A stretch of DNA of 63,950 nt, counting the filler, from an uncultured Acidimicrobiia bacterium (lineage in GTDB: Bacteria > Actinomycetota > Acidimicrobiia > Spongiisociales > JAOTWH01): NCBI GenBank assembly GCA_964347285.1. It is 5 parts of 5 records of this genome, joined end to end, with 100 filler letters (N's around TTAATTAATTAA, not from the genome) between each part and the next. Parts side by side here need not be neighbours in the genome. Positions count along the whole stretch, not along the records: positions 1 to 14,046 come from CAYFYE010000065.1; positions 14,147 to 27,882 come from CAYFYE010000066.1; 3 more parts are not named here. One strand, given 5' to 3'. Of this stretch, positions 10,796 to 20,291 are shown piece after piece. Under the pieces are notes generated by a model. The model was not told the origin of the DNA, did no database searches, and worked only from the letters and a program-made list of their open reading frames with translations. The position numbers were made by a program, and so were the translations under genes. Each line of letters starts with the position of its first letter. Positions within the stretch are counted from its first letter, which is position 1.

Positions 10796-11193
10796 TGGTC
10801 TCCCCTCTTTTTCGGGCCCTACCCGTGAGGCCAGGGACTGCATGATAGACGACTACTGAGAGGAAGTGAACGGATACTTTCTGTTGTAGGGCTCGACACC
10901 CGACCCGACCGGGCCCGGAAGCCCCCGGAAAGGATCGGCTCCCCCGAGGGAAGTCCGCCCGGGCCGGCCGAGCGGCCGAGTGCCCGGCTCGGCCCGGGCG
11001 CCGACCGGGGCGGGCCGGCTCTCCCGACTTTCGCCATTCGGCCCGTATGGCTGGGCCTCTTTCCTCTAGACGCCGGCCGGCGACTTGGCATCGTTGGGAG
11101 CACGAGCACCCGAACCGCACGGTGGACCCGTCCGGTTCGGATGGGGAGAAGGGGTCCGCACCGGGCGGACCCAGGACACGAGGGAGGGATCTC

Positions 11194-11712
11194 ATGATGA
11201 GACTCACTGTCGCAGCGGTGGCTGCGGCGATGGTGGTGGGCGTCGTCGCTCCCGCCTCGGCCGACGGCCGGGTGCCGGTGGAGTGGATCCAGGCGACGTG
11301 CGGGATCGTCGGCGGTGACGAACGGATGAGCGGCGGAGCCCTGCACGTTCGGGGCGAGGCCCACGACGACGTCATCTGGATGAACCTCGGCGCCGGCTAC
11401 GTGATGGTCGGCACCAACGAGATCGGCTTCGACTACGACGTCGGCCTGAAGACGCTCAACGGCCGGGGCGGCGGGACGTTCTTGGCCGACCTGCCGGGTC
11501 TCGGCTCCTCGTTCACCGGGCACTTCAACGGCGGGATCAAGGGCGGGATGCTGACGGCCCAGGCGGTGGGCGACGGCAGCGGCGCCATGGAAGGCGCCAA
11601 GATGAAGGCCCGCATCGTCCAGTTCCAGCCTTCAGACGAGGAGCTCGGCTGGCTGTGCGACGGGGGCACGGTGTTCAAGGCGGTGGCGGTGTCGGCGCTC
11701 ATCCGGCCGTGA
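11194..11712 (+). CDS. Secreted hypothetical beta-rich protein (paralog 1)
   Basis: GGGAGGGA RBS; Sec signal ending APASA; GC3-biased codons; two Cys. Confidence 0.7.
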   Translation: MMRLTVAAVAAAMVVGVVAPASADGRVPVEWIQATCGIVGGDERMSGGALHVRGEAHDDVIWMNLGAGYVMVGTNEIGFDYDVGLKTLNGRGGGTFLADLPGLGSSFTGHFNGGIKGGMLTAQAVGDGSGAMEGAKMKARIVQFQPSDEELGWLCDGGTVFKAVAVSALIRP

Positions 11713-11739
11713 CATGGACTTCAGGAAGGAAGGTTCGAG

Positions 11740-12258
11740 ATGAAGCGACATCGATTCACCATTGCGGTGTGGGCGGTGCTGGTGGTGGCGGCAACCGCCT
11801 TGCCGGCGCAGGCGGCGCCACCGGACCAGGCCGAGTTCGCCCGCACCGAGTGCGTCATCGCCACCGGCCCGCCCCGGGTGGTGGAAACGACCGGACAGGC
11901 CGTCCACATCCGTGACTTCCCCTACCTCGGGTTCCTCACGGACGGATCCGGCACTCCGACCGGTACCAACTCGGGGTTCGTGGACATCGACCTCAATTTG
12001 GCCGAGGGGACCGGGTCGATCCGTGGAACCCTGACGGTCCGTGACGCCGTCATGGGAGACTTCGACGGCAGGTTCAGCGCTCACTACAAGGACTTCGCCT
12101 GGGAGGGCCGGGGAGCGGCCCGGGGAGTCAACGGCCACGCCGGCAAGCTGTTCAAGATGCGGGTGGTCGGTCTCGTCCCCGGGGACACGTGCGGTCCACC
12201 CATCCCAGGGATCGGCTGGTCCGACGCCGCTCGCTGGGAGGTCATGATCAAGGAGTAG
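11740..12258 (+). CDS. Secreted hypothetical beta-rich protein (paralog 2)
   Basis: AGGAAGGAAGG RBS; signal ending PAQA; aligns by eye with the upstream ORF. Confidence 0.7.
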   Translation: MKRHRFTIAVWAVLVVAATALPAQAAPPDQAEFARTECVIATGPPRVVETTGQAVHIRDFPYLGFLTDGSGTPTGTNSGFVDIDLNLAEGTGSIRGTLTVRDAVMGDFDGRFSAHYKDFAWEGRGAARGVNGHAGKLFKMRVVGLVPGDTCGPPIPGIGWSDAARWEVMIKE

Positions 12259-12333
12259 GAGCACCCCGGCGTCGAGGCAATGCCGGCGCGACACCGAGCG
12301 GAGAGGCCCCGCGGAAGCGGGGCCTCTCCGCGC

Positions 12334-12500
12334 AGTTCCAACATCCAAGGCATTGCCGACGTCCGCATCTTCTTCGGCAATCCCTCCCGCCTCCCCCTGG
12401 CCGGGGACTTCGACGGGGACGCTGCGACAGCCTCTCTCCATCTACCGGCCTTCCGAACAGCGCTCCTACGTGTTCAACCAGCTCGGGGAGAACGATTGTT
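12334..12500 (+). pseudogene. Frameshifted remnant of a GNPxD/GD(F/W)DGDG repeat domain
   Basis: SNIQGIADVRIFFGNP...PLAGDFDGD in one frame continues as SIYRPSEQRSYVFNQLGEND in another; same repeat type as 13960-14046; no start codon context. Confidence 0.6.
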
Positions 12501-12588
12501 GCTGGTCCGATCGAAACCGCCGGTACTCGATTCGGGAAGGAAGCCTCTCCCCGAAGCCCGGCCGGCCGGAGACGCCCCAGTGGGCCCA

Positions 12589-12606
12589 TCGTGAATGAAT
12601 TCACAA
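12589..12606. promoter_or_regulatory. Rex- or CRP/GlxR-type operator palindrome
   Basis: TCGTGAA-TGAA-TTCACAA: 13/14 match to TTGTGAA-N4-TTCACAA; also CGTGA-N6-TCACA. Confidence 0.55.
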
Positions 12607-12620
12607 GCACTCAGGGTGAC

Positions 12621-12638
12621 TAGTGACTTCCGACCCTA
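12621..12638. promoter_or_regulatory. DosR/NarL-family-like box
   Basis: TAGTGACTTCCGACCCTA vs TAGGGACTTTAGTCCCTA (14/18). Confidence 0.35.
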
Positions 12639-12829
12639 TTGGTGTTGCCCGCCGCTACTTAGGGTGGCGGCAACGGAGAGTAGGGGAGGTGAGAGTATGG
12701 GCGGGCCACGCCAGCTTGTGGACGACCTACCGGCCCGCACCGGTGCTCCGGCCCTTCCTCGGCACCAGTCCCCCTCAAGTACCAGCACTTGCACAGCTAG
12801 GCACCGATTCTTACGGAGGGAGAGGTGGT

Positions 12830-14046
12830 CATGAAGGGTCCAGAAGAATCCTGGCGAGGATTCACGGTGCTATGGGCGGTGGGCTGCCTGCTCGTAGCGA
12901 CCATGGCGGCGGTTCCGGCGGTGGCCGCTTCCGAAACCGCCTGGCCAGGTTCTTCTGTCCGGGGCGCGGCCGAGGGGCTTGCAGCACGAGCTTTCCCCCT
13001 CTGGTACGTGAGCCATCCGGAGCGGCTCGGCGAGATCGAGGGAATTGGCGGCACTGAGACAAGCTCGCCGATTTCCCCTTCGCAGGCGCAGCCGACTGTC
13101 ACCCTGACCTCCGCCCGGGGCCCGGAAGGAGACTCCGGGACCAACGTGCTCATGTTCACGTTGAGCGTCTCTGGCTTCTTCGACGGGACTATTTCAGGGA
13201 TCTACCGGACACGCGGTGAAGGACAGGGCCATCCCCCGGGCGAGCCGCCTGCGACGGCCACGCCCGATATCGACTACGGCTCCACGGGTGGCTCGTTCTT
13301 CTTTTCCCGGCCGGGAGATGAGGAGCTGATCTTTGTCGATGTGTACGGGGACACCCATGTCGAGCCCGACGAGTTCTTCTACATGCAGATACTGAGTGCA
13401 GACATTTTGGGCGATCTCCACAACGTAGGCGTCATCGTGAATGACGACGGCGCCGTCGCCTCCAAACTCTCCGTCGATGATGTTTCCATCAACGAGGGGG
13501 ACGCGGGAACGCAGTCCGCCGACTTCACCGTGACCCTCTCTCCGCCTTCCCCCACGACGGTGACCGTGGACTACTCAACCTGCGGCATCGGCTGCGACCC
13601 TGCGGCGACCGCCCGCCCTGGAGACGATTACGAGGCGGCAACCGGCACGCTCACCTTTTCTCCCGGAGAGACTTCGGCGCCCATCTCGGTCACCGTGAAC
13701 GGCGACACCGACGTGGAGCCGGACGAGATCTTCTACATGGGTCTGCTCAGGCCGGTCAACGCGACACTGGACGACAGCCGAGGTGTGGGCACCATCGTCA
13801 ACGACGACGCTTCGGGCCCGCCACCTCCGCCACCTCCGCCGCCGCCTCCCCCTCCTCCGCCGCCTCCACCGACGGTATTGCCCACGGTCCTCACCGCCCC
13901 CACGGTGGGCCTGGTGGATCCGACCACCGGCCAGTGGCACCTGCGCGACGATGCCGGCCGGGTCGCCTCGTTCTTCTACGGCAATCCCGGCGACGTCCCC
14001 TTCATGGGGGACTGGGACTGCGACGGAGTGGACACCCCGGGCCTGT
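12830..14046 (+). CDS. Secreted Calx-beta domain protein with poly-Pro linker and GNPGD repeat domain (3' truncated by contig end)
   Basis: Two Calx-beta-like units (EGD.GT...FT..S...DY...GD..VEPDE.F...G.IVNDD), long Pro run, FYGNPGDVPFMGDWDCDGVDTPGL; start approximate. Confidence 0.8.
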
Positions 14047-14146
14047 NNNNNNNNNNNNNNNNNNNNNNNNNNNNNNNNNNNNNNNNNNNNTTAATTAATT
14101 AANNNNNNNNNNNNNNNNNNNNNNNNNNNNNNNNNNNNNNNNNNNN
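14047..14146. other. Artificial contig linker
   Basis: N44-TTAATTAATTAA-N44, stop codons in all six frames. Confidence 0.98.
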
Positions 14147-14649
14147 TCCAATGCCGCAAGCACGGCATCAGGGCGAGCCTCAGCAACGACGTCGTCACCA
14201 CCGTCCCCGGCGACATGTTCACCCAGATGCGGGCCGCCTTCGGCAGCGAGCGGCTGATCACGCTGAACGAGGCCTGGGTGGAGAACGTCGACCCGCCGGA
14301 GTCGCTGCTGACGGCGCAGGAGGTGCTGGAGATGGCCACCATCAACGGCGCCGCCGTGGCCGACCTCGACGGGGTCACCGGGAGCCTCACCCCCGGCAAG
14401 AGGGCCGACGTCGTGGTGATCGACGGCAGGCGTACCAACATCGCTCCAGTGATCGACCCTGTCGGCGCGGTGGTGATCAGCGCCGACGTGTCCAACGTCG
14501 ACACCGTGATCATCGACGGCGAGGTGAGGAAGCGCAACGGCGAGCTGGTGGGTGTCGACCTGCCCCGGGCTTTGCGACTCATCGAGGACTCGAAGGACTA
14601 CCTGGTCGACGCCCTGGCCAAGAAGCGGGCCGAGGCCGGGCAGGGCTGA
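14147..14649 (+). CDS. Metal-dependent amidohydrolase, C-terminal part (5' truncated)
   Basis: SLSNDV, GDMFTQMR, LEMATINGA, GSLTPGKRADVVVID, NVDTVIIDG. Confidence 0.85.
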
Positions 14650-15006
14650 GGACAACGGGGAATCCTCGATCTGGTAGAGGTACCGCCACCTCAATCCACG
14701 GGGGGCTCCGGGTGGAGTCCAAGCACCACCAGTACTCAGCGCCCACCGGCAATGCCGAGGTCGGGCTCAAACCCTTGGCGAGTCATCTGCGCGGAACGTC
14801 TACGGACCGAGGCAAACTCTCAACCCGATCGCTTGGGTCGTTGGCCGACGGTCGTTCTACTTCGAGCCCTGCTCGGCCTCGAGGTGCGACCTCCGTCCTG
14901 CCTCGCTCGTTGACGTTGTTGGTCGGGTTGAACGCCACGTCCACGACAAGCGCGTCGAAGTCTGGGGCGCCGTCCGGGCTCCACCGCCGCTCCCCGGCGG
15001 CCGGCC

Positions 15007-17145
15007 CTACCAACCCTCGGATCCCGGCCGATCCGACCGGGCGATACCGGCCGCCGGCAGCAAGGCCGGAATCACAGTGAGGGCGGTGAGAGCGGCCACG
15101 GTCATCGCCACCCACATGATCATGGACACCTGAGAGTGGATCTTCAGTGGCGAAAGCCACAGCGCGCTGAGGGCGACGGCGATGCCCAGGGCGTTCGCAA
15201 CGATCGGCCGACCGGCCCGATCGATGGCGGCCAGCACATAGCCGTCCCCGTCCCGCCGGGCGTAATTGATGGCCGCCACGAAGTGAATGGCGTAGTCGAT
15301 GCCCACGCCGATCACGATGCTCGATATCACCGCGGTCAGCAGGTTGAGCTGGATGCCCGAGGCGGCGATGAAACCCAACAACGTCAACACGGTGAGGAGA
15401 ATGGGCACCAGTGACACCAACGTCTGGCGCAACCGTCGATAGGCCGTCGCCAGCATGGCGGCGACCAGGATGAAGGCCACCATCAGCGACGTGAACTGGG
15501 CCCGCAGCACCAGCCGGGCGATCTCGTCCCACACGACCGGCATCCCGGTCAACACATTGACGAGCTCCTCGTCCTCGGCAAATGACAGCCAACCCTGGAG
15601 GTCGTCGGTCGTGAAGTCGCCCGGGAGCAACAGGAAGCGCAGCCCGTCCTCACCGACCATGTCCCCCAGCGGGAGGGTCACCTCCTCGGCCAGGACCGCC
15701 GTCAGCTGGGGCGGTGGCAGCGACCCGGCCAGGTCGGCCACCGAGAACACCTCGCGCACTCCCGGCTCTTGCTCCAGGGCCTCCGACACCTGCCGGATCT
15801 CGTCGAGCTGGGCCGGGCCCGCCTCGGGATCGAACCCAAACTCCCCCACCAGCGGGGTAGCTCCTCCGAACAGCTCCTCGGTGCGCTCGAAGGCCCGCCG
15901 CACCGGATCGTCGTCTTTGAAGAAGAACAGTTGGTCGGAGTTCACATCGAGCCGGGGGATGAACACTGCCGCGAACACCAGCAGCCCGACCGACAGCACC
16001 ACCGCCGGGGTACGCCGCCGCACCAGCGTCTTCAGTCCCGCCGTCACCCGGGGCCCGATCAACGCCGAGCGGTGGCGAGGCTCGATGTGCAGACGACTGA
16101 TCAGGGCAGGCAGCGAGAAGAACGAGACCACGCCGGCGAAGGTGATGCCGACGGCGGTGAACAGGCCGAGTTGTCGGATCGGCTGCACGTCGGTAGCCAG
16201 CAGCGACAGAAAGCCGGCCGCGGTACTGATGGTGGTGAGGATCATCGGTACCCCGACGTGCGACAGCGCCGAGCTCACCCGCCGCACCGGGTCGGCGCCG
16301 GCCAGGGTTTCCTCCTGAAAGTGGGTCACGAAGTGGAGCCCGTCGGCGGAACCCATCACGATGACGAACACCGGTACCACGACGGTGACGATGTCGACCT
16401 CGCGGCCCAGCCCGAAGATCAGCCCGAACGTCCACACCGATCCGAGCACCGCCGGCACGATCGCCAGGGCACTCAGGCGCCGGTCGCCGATGGTGGCGTA
16501 GAAGACGGCAATCAGCAGCACGATCACCGTCGGGGGAATGATCAGCAGGAAGAACGAGAGCACGTCGATCACCGTGGCGAACACCACCGGATTGCCCGAC
16601 AGGGTGAGCTCGATCCCGCTCGGTGGCGTCAAGTCGCCGATGCGGCGGGCCACCGACATCCCGTCCTCGGCCGGAATCACCAGCAGCAGCGTGTTGCGCC
16701 CCTCTTCGTCGAGGAGCAGTGGGGCCACCGGGTTCTGCTCGAACAGCGCGCTCAGCGCCGGCTCCGGGGTCGCCTCGATGTCGGCGGCGGTGATCGTTGC
16801 TCCGGTCAGCGGATTGCGTTCCGGGACGATCGAGGCCACCTGGGCCACGCCCTCCACCTCGGCGATCTGGTCGCGCAGCTCTATCAGAGCCACCAGGCCG
16901 GCCGTGGTCCGAAAGCTCTCGCCTTCCCCGAGCGAGGCGAGGGCGTTGATCGGGTCGGCGGTGTCGTACTTCTGCTGGAGCGCCTTGAAGGCTTCCCCGG
17001 TCTCGTTGCCTTCCAGCACGAACGAGCCGACGTCGGCGTTGAAGTCCATGCGGAAGAGCATCAGGGTCGTTGTCACGGTCACCAGGGCCGTGACCGCCAG
17101 AATGCGACGGGCGTGCTCGACGATGAAGCGGGCAATGCGGTCCAC
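15007..17145 (-). CDS. MMPL/RND-family transporter
   Basis: Two repeats of TM + periplasmic loop + 5 TM; GSADGLHF and GIDYAIHF motifs; start set at GTG (VDRIARF). Confidence 0.85.
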   Translation of the reverse strand: MDRIARFIVEHARRILAVTALVTVTTTLMLFRMDFNADVGSFVLEGNETGEAFKALQQKYDTADPINALASLGEGESFRTTAGLVALIELRDQIAEVEGVAQVASIVPERNPLTGATITAADIEATPEPALSALFEQNPVAPLLLDEEGRNTLLLVIPAEDGMSVARRIGDLTPPSGIELTLSGNPVVFATVIDVLSFFLLIIPPTVIVLLIAVFYATIGDRRLSALAIVPAVLGSVWTFGLIFGLGREVDIVTVVVPVFVIVMGSADGLHFVTHFQEETLAGADPVRRVSSALSHVGVPMILTTISTAAGFLSLLATDVQPIRQLGLFTAVGITFAGVVSFFSLPALISRLHIEPRHRSALIGPRVTAGLKTLVRRRTPAVVLSVGLLVFAAVFIPRLDVNSDQLFFFKDDDPVRRAFERTEELFGGATPLVGEFGFDPEAGPAQLDEIRQVSEALEQEPGVREVFSVADLAGSLPPPQLTAVLAEEVTLPLGDMVGEDGLRFLLLPGDFTTDDLQGWLSFAEDEELVNVLTGMPVVWDEIARLVLRAQFTSLMVAFILVAAMLATAYRRLRQTLVSLVPILLTVLTLLGFIAASGIQLNLLTAVISSIVIGVGIDYAIHFVAAINYARRDGDGYVLAAIDRAGRPIVANALGIAVALSALWLSPLKIHSQVSMIMWVAMTVAALTALTVIPALLPAAGIARSDRPGSEGW

Positions 17146-17312
17146 GCCACCTTCGAGGCTAGGCCCCGCTGGAAATCCGTTCCCGCCTCGCAGCAACCGC
17201 CGCCCGGGACTCCGCGGAATCAGCGATCCGGCCGGGCACCCGCAGCTAGCCTGCGCCGCCCCGGGATCGGGAAGAGGGCGCTCATCTAGGATCGAGGGGG
17301 CGATGGCCGGCA

Positions 17313-18389
17313 ATGAGCACTGAGGCGAGCGAACCCAGAGGGCTCTACGACTACGCGGAGCGCCGTCCCCGGCTGCCCGAAGCCGCGGACGATTCGGTGG
17401 AGAGCGCCGACATCGAGTTCGATGTACGGCTCGGCATGTACCGGCTCCAGCAAGAGTTACGCCAGTTCGAAAAACGCGCCTACGACCTGTTCCTGCAGAA
17501 CCTGGTCAAGGGGACCTCCCATCTGTCGCTCGGGATGGAGGCGATAGCCACCGGCTTCGCCGCGGCCATGCGGCCCGATGACTACACGTTCGCCACCTAC
17601 CGGGGCCATGCCCACACCTTGGCCAGGGGCGCCCCCATGGGCCCGGTGATGGCAGAACTGCTGGGACGCCGCAACGGCATCGTGGGCGGTAAGGGCGGTT
17701 CGATGCACCTCACCAGTGTCGAGCACAGAATGATGGGCTCGTACGCCATCGTCGGGGCCCACCTGCCCGTCGCCAACGGGGCGGCCTGGTCGGCGCAGAT
17801 GCGGGGAACCAACCAGGTGGCGGTGTGCTTCTTCGGAGACGGCACCACCAACATCGGGGCCTTCCACGAAGCACTGAACATGGCGGCGGTGTGGCGGCTC
17901 CCCGTCGTGTTCGTCTGCGAGAACAACCTGTACATGGAGTACACCCCCATCGACCTCATCACGGCGGTGCCCCACCCGGCCGCAGATCGGGCCGGAGCGT
18001 ACGGCCTGGAATCGATCCTGGTCGACGGCAACGATGCCGACGCCGTCTACCTGGTAGCCCGGGACGCCATCGAACGGGCTCGGCGCGACGAGGGTCCGGC
18101 GCTCATCGAGGCGATCACCTACCGCCACGGAGGCCATTCCCGGGCCGATCCCGGCAAGTACCGGCCCGACGAAGAGGTGGAGGCCTGGCTCGGCCGGGAC
18201 CCGATCCCGCTGTATCACCAGCGCCTCCTCCGCCTCGGCGCCGACGAGGCCACGCTGGGGAACATCCAGGTAGAAGTCGCCGCCGTAGTCGACGAAGCCA
18301 CCGAGTTCGCTAAGGCGGGGGTTCCCCCGGGGGAGGACGTGCTGCTCACCGAGGTGTGGTCGGACGGAGGCTCGGCATGGCGGAATTGA
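17313..18389 (+). CDS. TPP-dependent 2-oxoacid/acetoin dehydrogenase E1 alpha
   Basis: TYRGH, GKGGSMH, FFGDG...NN TPP motif, TYRHGGHSRAD. Confidence 0.92.
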   Translation: MSTEASEPRGLYDYAERRPRLPEAADDSVESADIEFDVRLGMYRLQQELRQFEKRAYDLFLQNLVKGTSHLSLGMEAIATGFAAAMRPDDYTFATYRGHAHTLARGAPMGPVMAELLGRRNGIVGGKGGSMHLTSVEHRMMGSYAIVGAHLPVANGAAWSAQMRGTNQVAVCFFGDGTTNIGAFHEALNMAAVWRLPVVFVCENNLYMEYTPIDLITAVPHPAADRAGAYGLESILVDGNDADAVYLVARDAIERARRDEGPALIEAITYRHGGHSRADPGKYRPDEEVEAWLGRDPIPLYHQRLLRLGADEATLGNIQVEVAAVVDEATEFAKAGVPPGEDVLLTEVWSDGGSAWRN

Positions 18390-19351
18390 CCTATCGGGAG
18401 GCCGTCGCCTACGGAATCGCCCAGGAGATGCGTCACGACCCCCAACTCGTCATGCTGGGCGAGGACGTCGCCGGGGCCGGAGGTGTGTTCAAGACCACGG
18501 TGGGCCTGCTCGACGAGTTCGGGCCGGATCGGGTTCGTGACACTCCGATCTCCGAACAAGCGATCCTGGGCGCGGCGATGGGGGCGGCCATGACCGGGAT
18601 CCCGGTGATCGCCGAGATCATGTTCTCCGACTTCCTGGCGGTCTGCTGGGACATGCTGGCCAATCAAATAGCCAAGACTCGCTACATGACCGACGGACAG
18701 GTGAGCCTCCCGCTCGTAGTCCGAACCGCGAACGGAGGCGGGTCGCGCTTCGGTGCTCAGCACTCCCAGAGCGTGGAGAACTGGGTCATGATGATCCCCG
18801 GACTGAAGGTGGTCGCCCCGTCGACGCCGGCCGATGTCGTCGGTCTCTTGGCCGCCGCCGTACGCGATCCCGACCCGGTGGTCTTCTTCGAGCACAAGAC
18901 GCTGCTGGCCACCAAGGGCGAGGTCCCCGACGGCGAGCACGTCGATGCGCTCGGCACGGCCAGGATTCTTCGTGAAGGGTCCGACGTCACCATCGTCGCA
19001 CTGGCCGCCATGGTGCCGAAAGCGGTCGAGGCCGCCGAGCAGCTGGCCGGCGACGGCGTATCGGCCGAAGTCATCGATCTTCGCAGCCTGGTGCCGCTCG
19101 ACACGCGGGCGCTGCTCGCCTCGGTGGAGAAGACCGGCCGCCTGGTGACGGTCGAGGAGAACCCCAGGCTGTGCGGCTGGGGAGCCGAGATCTCATCCAT
19201 CGTTGCCGAAGAGGGATTCTGGAGCCTCGACGGCCCCATCGCCCGCGTCACGACTCCGCACATCCCGCTGCCCTCGGCCGAGACGCTCGAGGACCTGGCG
19301 ATCCCCTCCGTCGGGGACATCGTTGCCGCCGTCGAGGCCCTGTTGGACTGA
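18377..19351 (+). CDS. 2-oxoacid/acetoin dehydrogenase E1 beta
   Basis: GEDV, DTPISE, EIMFSDF, AQHSQS, EVIDLRSL; overlaps the alpha gene. Confidence 0.92.
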   Translation: MAELTYREAVAYGIAQEMRHDPQLVMLGEDVAGAGGVFKTTVGLLDEFGPDRVRDTPISEQAILGAAMGAAMTGIPVIAEIMFSDFLAVCWDMLANQIAKTRYMTDGQVSLPLVVRTANGGGSRFGAQHSQSVENWVMMIPGLKVVAPSTPADVVGLLAAAVRDPDPVVFFEHKTLLATKGEVPDGEHVDALGTARILREGSDVTIVALAAMVPKAVEAAEQLAGDGVSAEVIDLRSLVPLDTRALLASVEKTGRLVTVEENPRLCGWGAEISSIVAEEGFWSLDGPIARVTTPHIPLPSAETLEDLAIPSVGDIVAAVEALLD

Positions 19352-19360
19352 GCCCGCATA

Positions 19361-20242
19361 GTGCAGCTGGGACGCGTCGGAGTATGGACCTCGTACCTGG
19401 GAGGAATGCCCCACGCCGCGGTGCGCCCCGTCGTCGCTGCCATCGAGGACCTCGGCTTCCGGGCGATCTGGTACCCGGAGAGCGTCACCAAGGAAGCACT
19501 GGCCCAGGCGGCCCTTCTGCTGGCGGCCGGCCGCCGCATCGTCGTGGCCTCGGGCATCGCCAGCATCTGGGCACGTGATCCGGCGGCGATGCACAACGGC
19601 GCCCGGACTCTCGCCGAGGCCTTCCCCGGCCGCTTCCTGCTCGGCATCGGTGTCAGCCATGCGCCGAGTGTCGCCCGGCGCGGCCACGAGTACCGCCGTC
19701 CGCTGGCCACCATGCGGGCCTATCTCGACGCAATGGACGACGTGACCTATGCCGGACCGGAGCCTGCGCAGGAGGCCCCGGTGGTGCTGGCTGCACTCGG
19801 GCCGGCCATGCTGCGCCTCGCCGCCGAGCGGACCCGGGGGGCACATTCCTACTTCGTGCCGGTTGAGCACACCGCCCTGGCCCGCGCCCAAATGGGGAAA
19901 GGGGCGCTGCTGGCGGCGGAGCAGGCCGTGGTGCTGTCCGGGGATCCCGCCGAGGCCCGTGCGATCGCCCGCACCCATACCCGCCGCTACCTGGCACTCG
20001 ACAACTACCGCAACAGCCTGTTGCGCCTGGGATGGAGCGAGCCCGACCTGGCCGGGGACGGATCCGACCGGCTCGTCGACGCCGTCGTTGCCTGGGGCGA
20101 TGCTGCACGCATCCAGGCGCGGGTGGCGGCCCATCTCGATGCCGGCGCCGACCACGTGTGCATCCAGGTCCTCACCGACCGCCCCGGTGAGTTTCCCCTC
20201 GAAGATCTGCAGAGCCTCACGCCGGCGATGCTCGAGCTGTGA
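19361..20242 (+). CDS. F420-dependent LLM class oxidoreductase
   Basis: GIASIWARD, GRFLLGIGVSH, LAALGPAML, GAHSYFVPVEHT, HLDAGADHV. Confidence 0.88.
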   Translation: MQLGRVGVWTSYLGGMPHAAVRPVVAAIEDLGFRAIWYPESVTKEALAQAALLLAAGRRIVVASGIASIWARDPAAMHNGARTLAEAFPGRFLLGIGVSHAPSVARRGHEYRRPLATMRAYLDAMDDVTYAGPEPAQEAPVVLAALGPAMLRLAAERTRGAHSYFVPVEHTALARAQMGKGALLAAEQAVVLSGDPAEARAIARTHTRRYLALDNYRNSLLRLGWSEPDLAGDGSDRLVDAVVAWGDAARIQARVAAHLDAGADHVCIQVLTDRPGEFPLEDLQSLTPAMLEL

Positions 20243-20291
20243 ATCCGGAGGCCGAGCTGAACAAACCACCGAGCGCAATGTCCGCTTGTTT

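Noticed and set aside
13817..13870. C-rich low-complexity tract as a regulatory repeat
   Set aside because: It encodes the poly-proline linker of the Calx-beta protein.
14650..15006. Intergenic stretch as possible ncRNA or IS remnant (also 51806-52139)
   Set aside because: No terminal inverted repeats, transposase motifs or recognisable RNA family features seen; an Rfam/ISfinder search would be needed.
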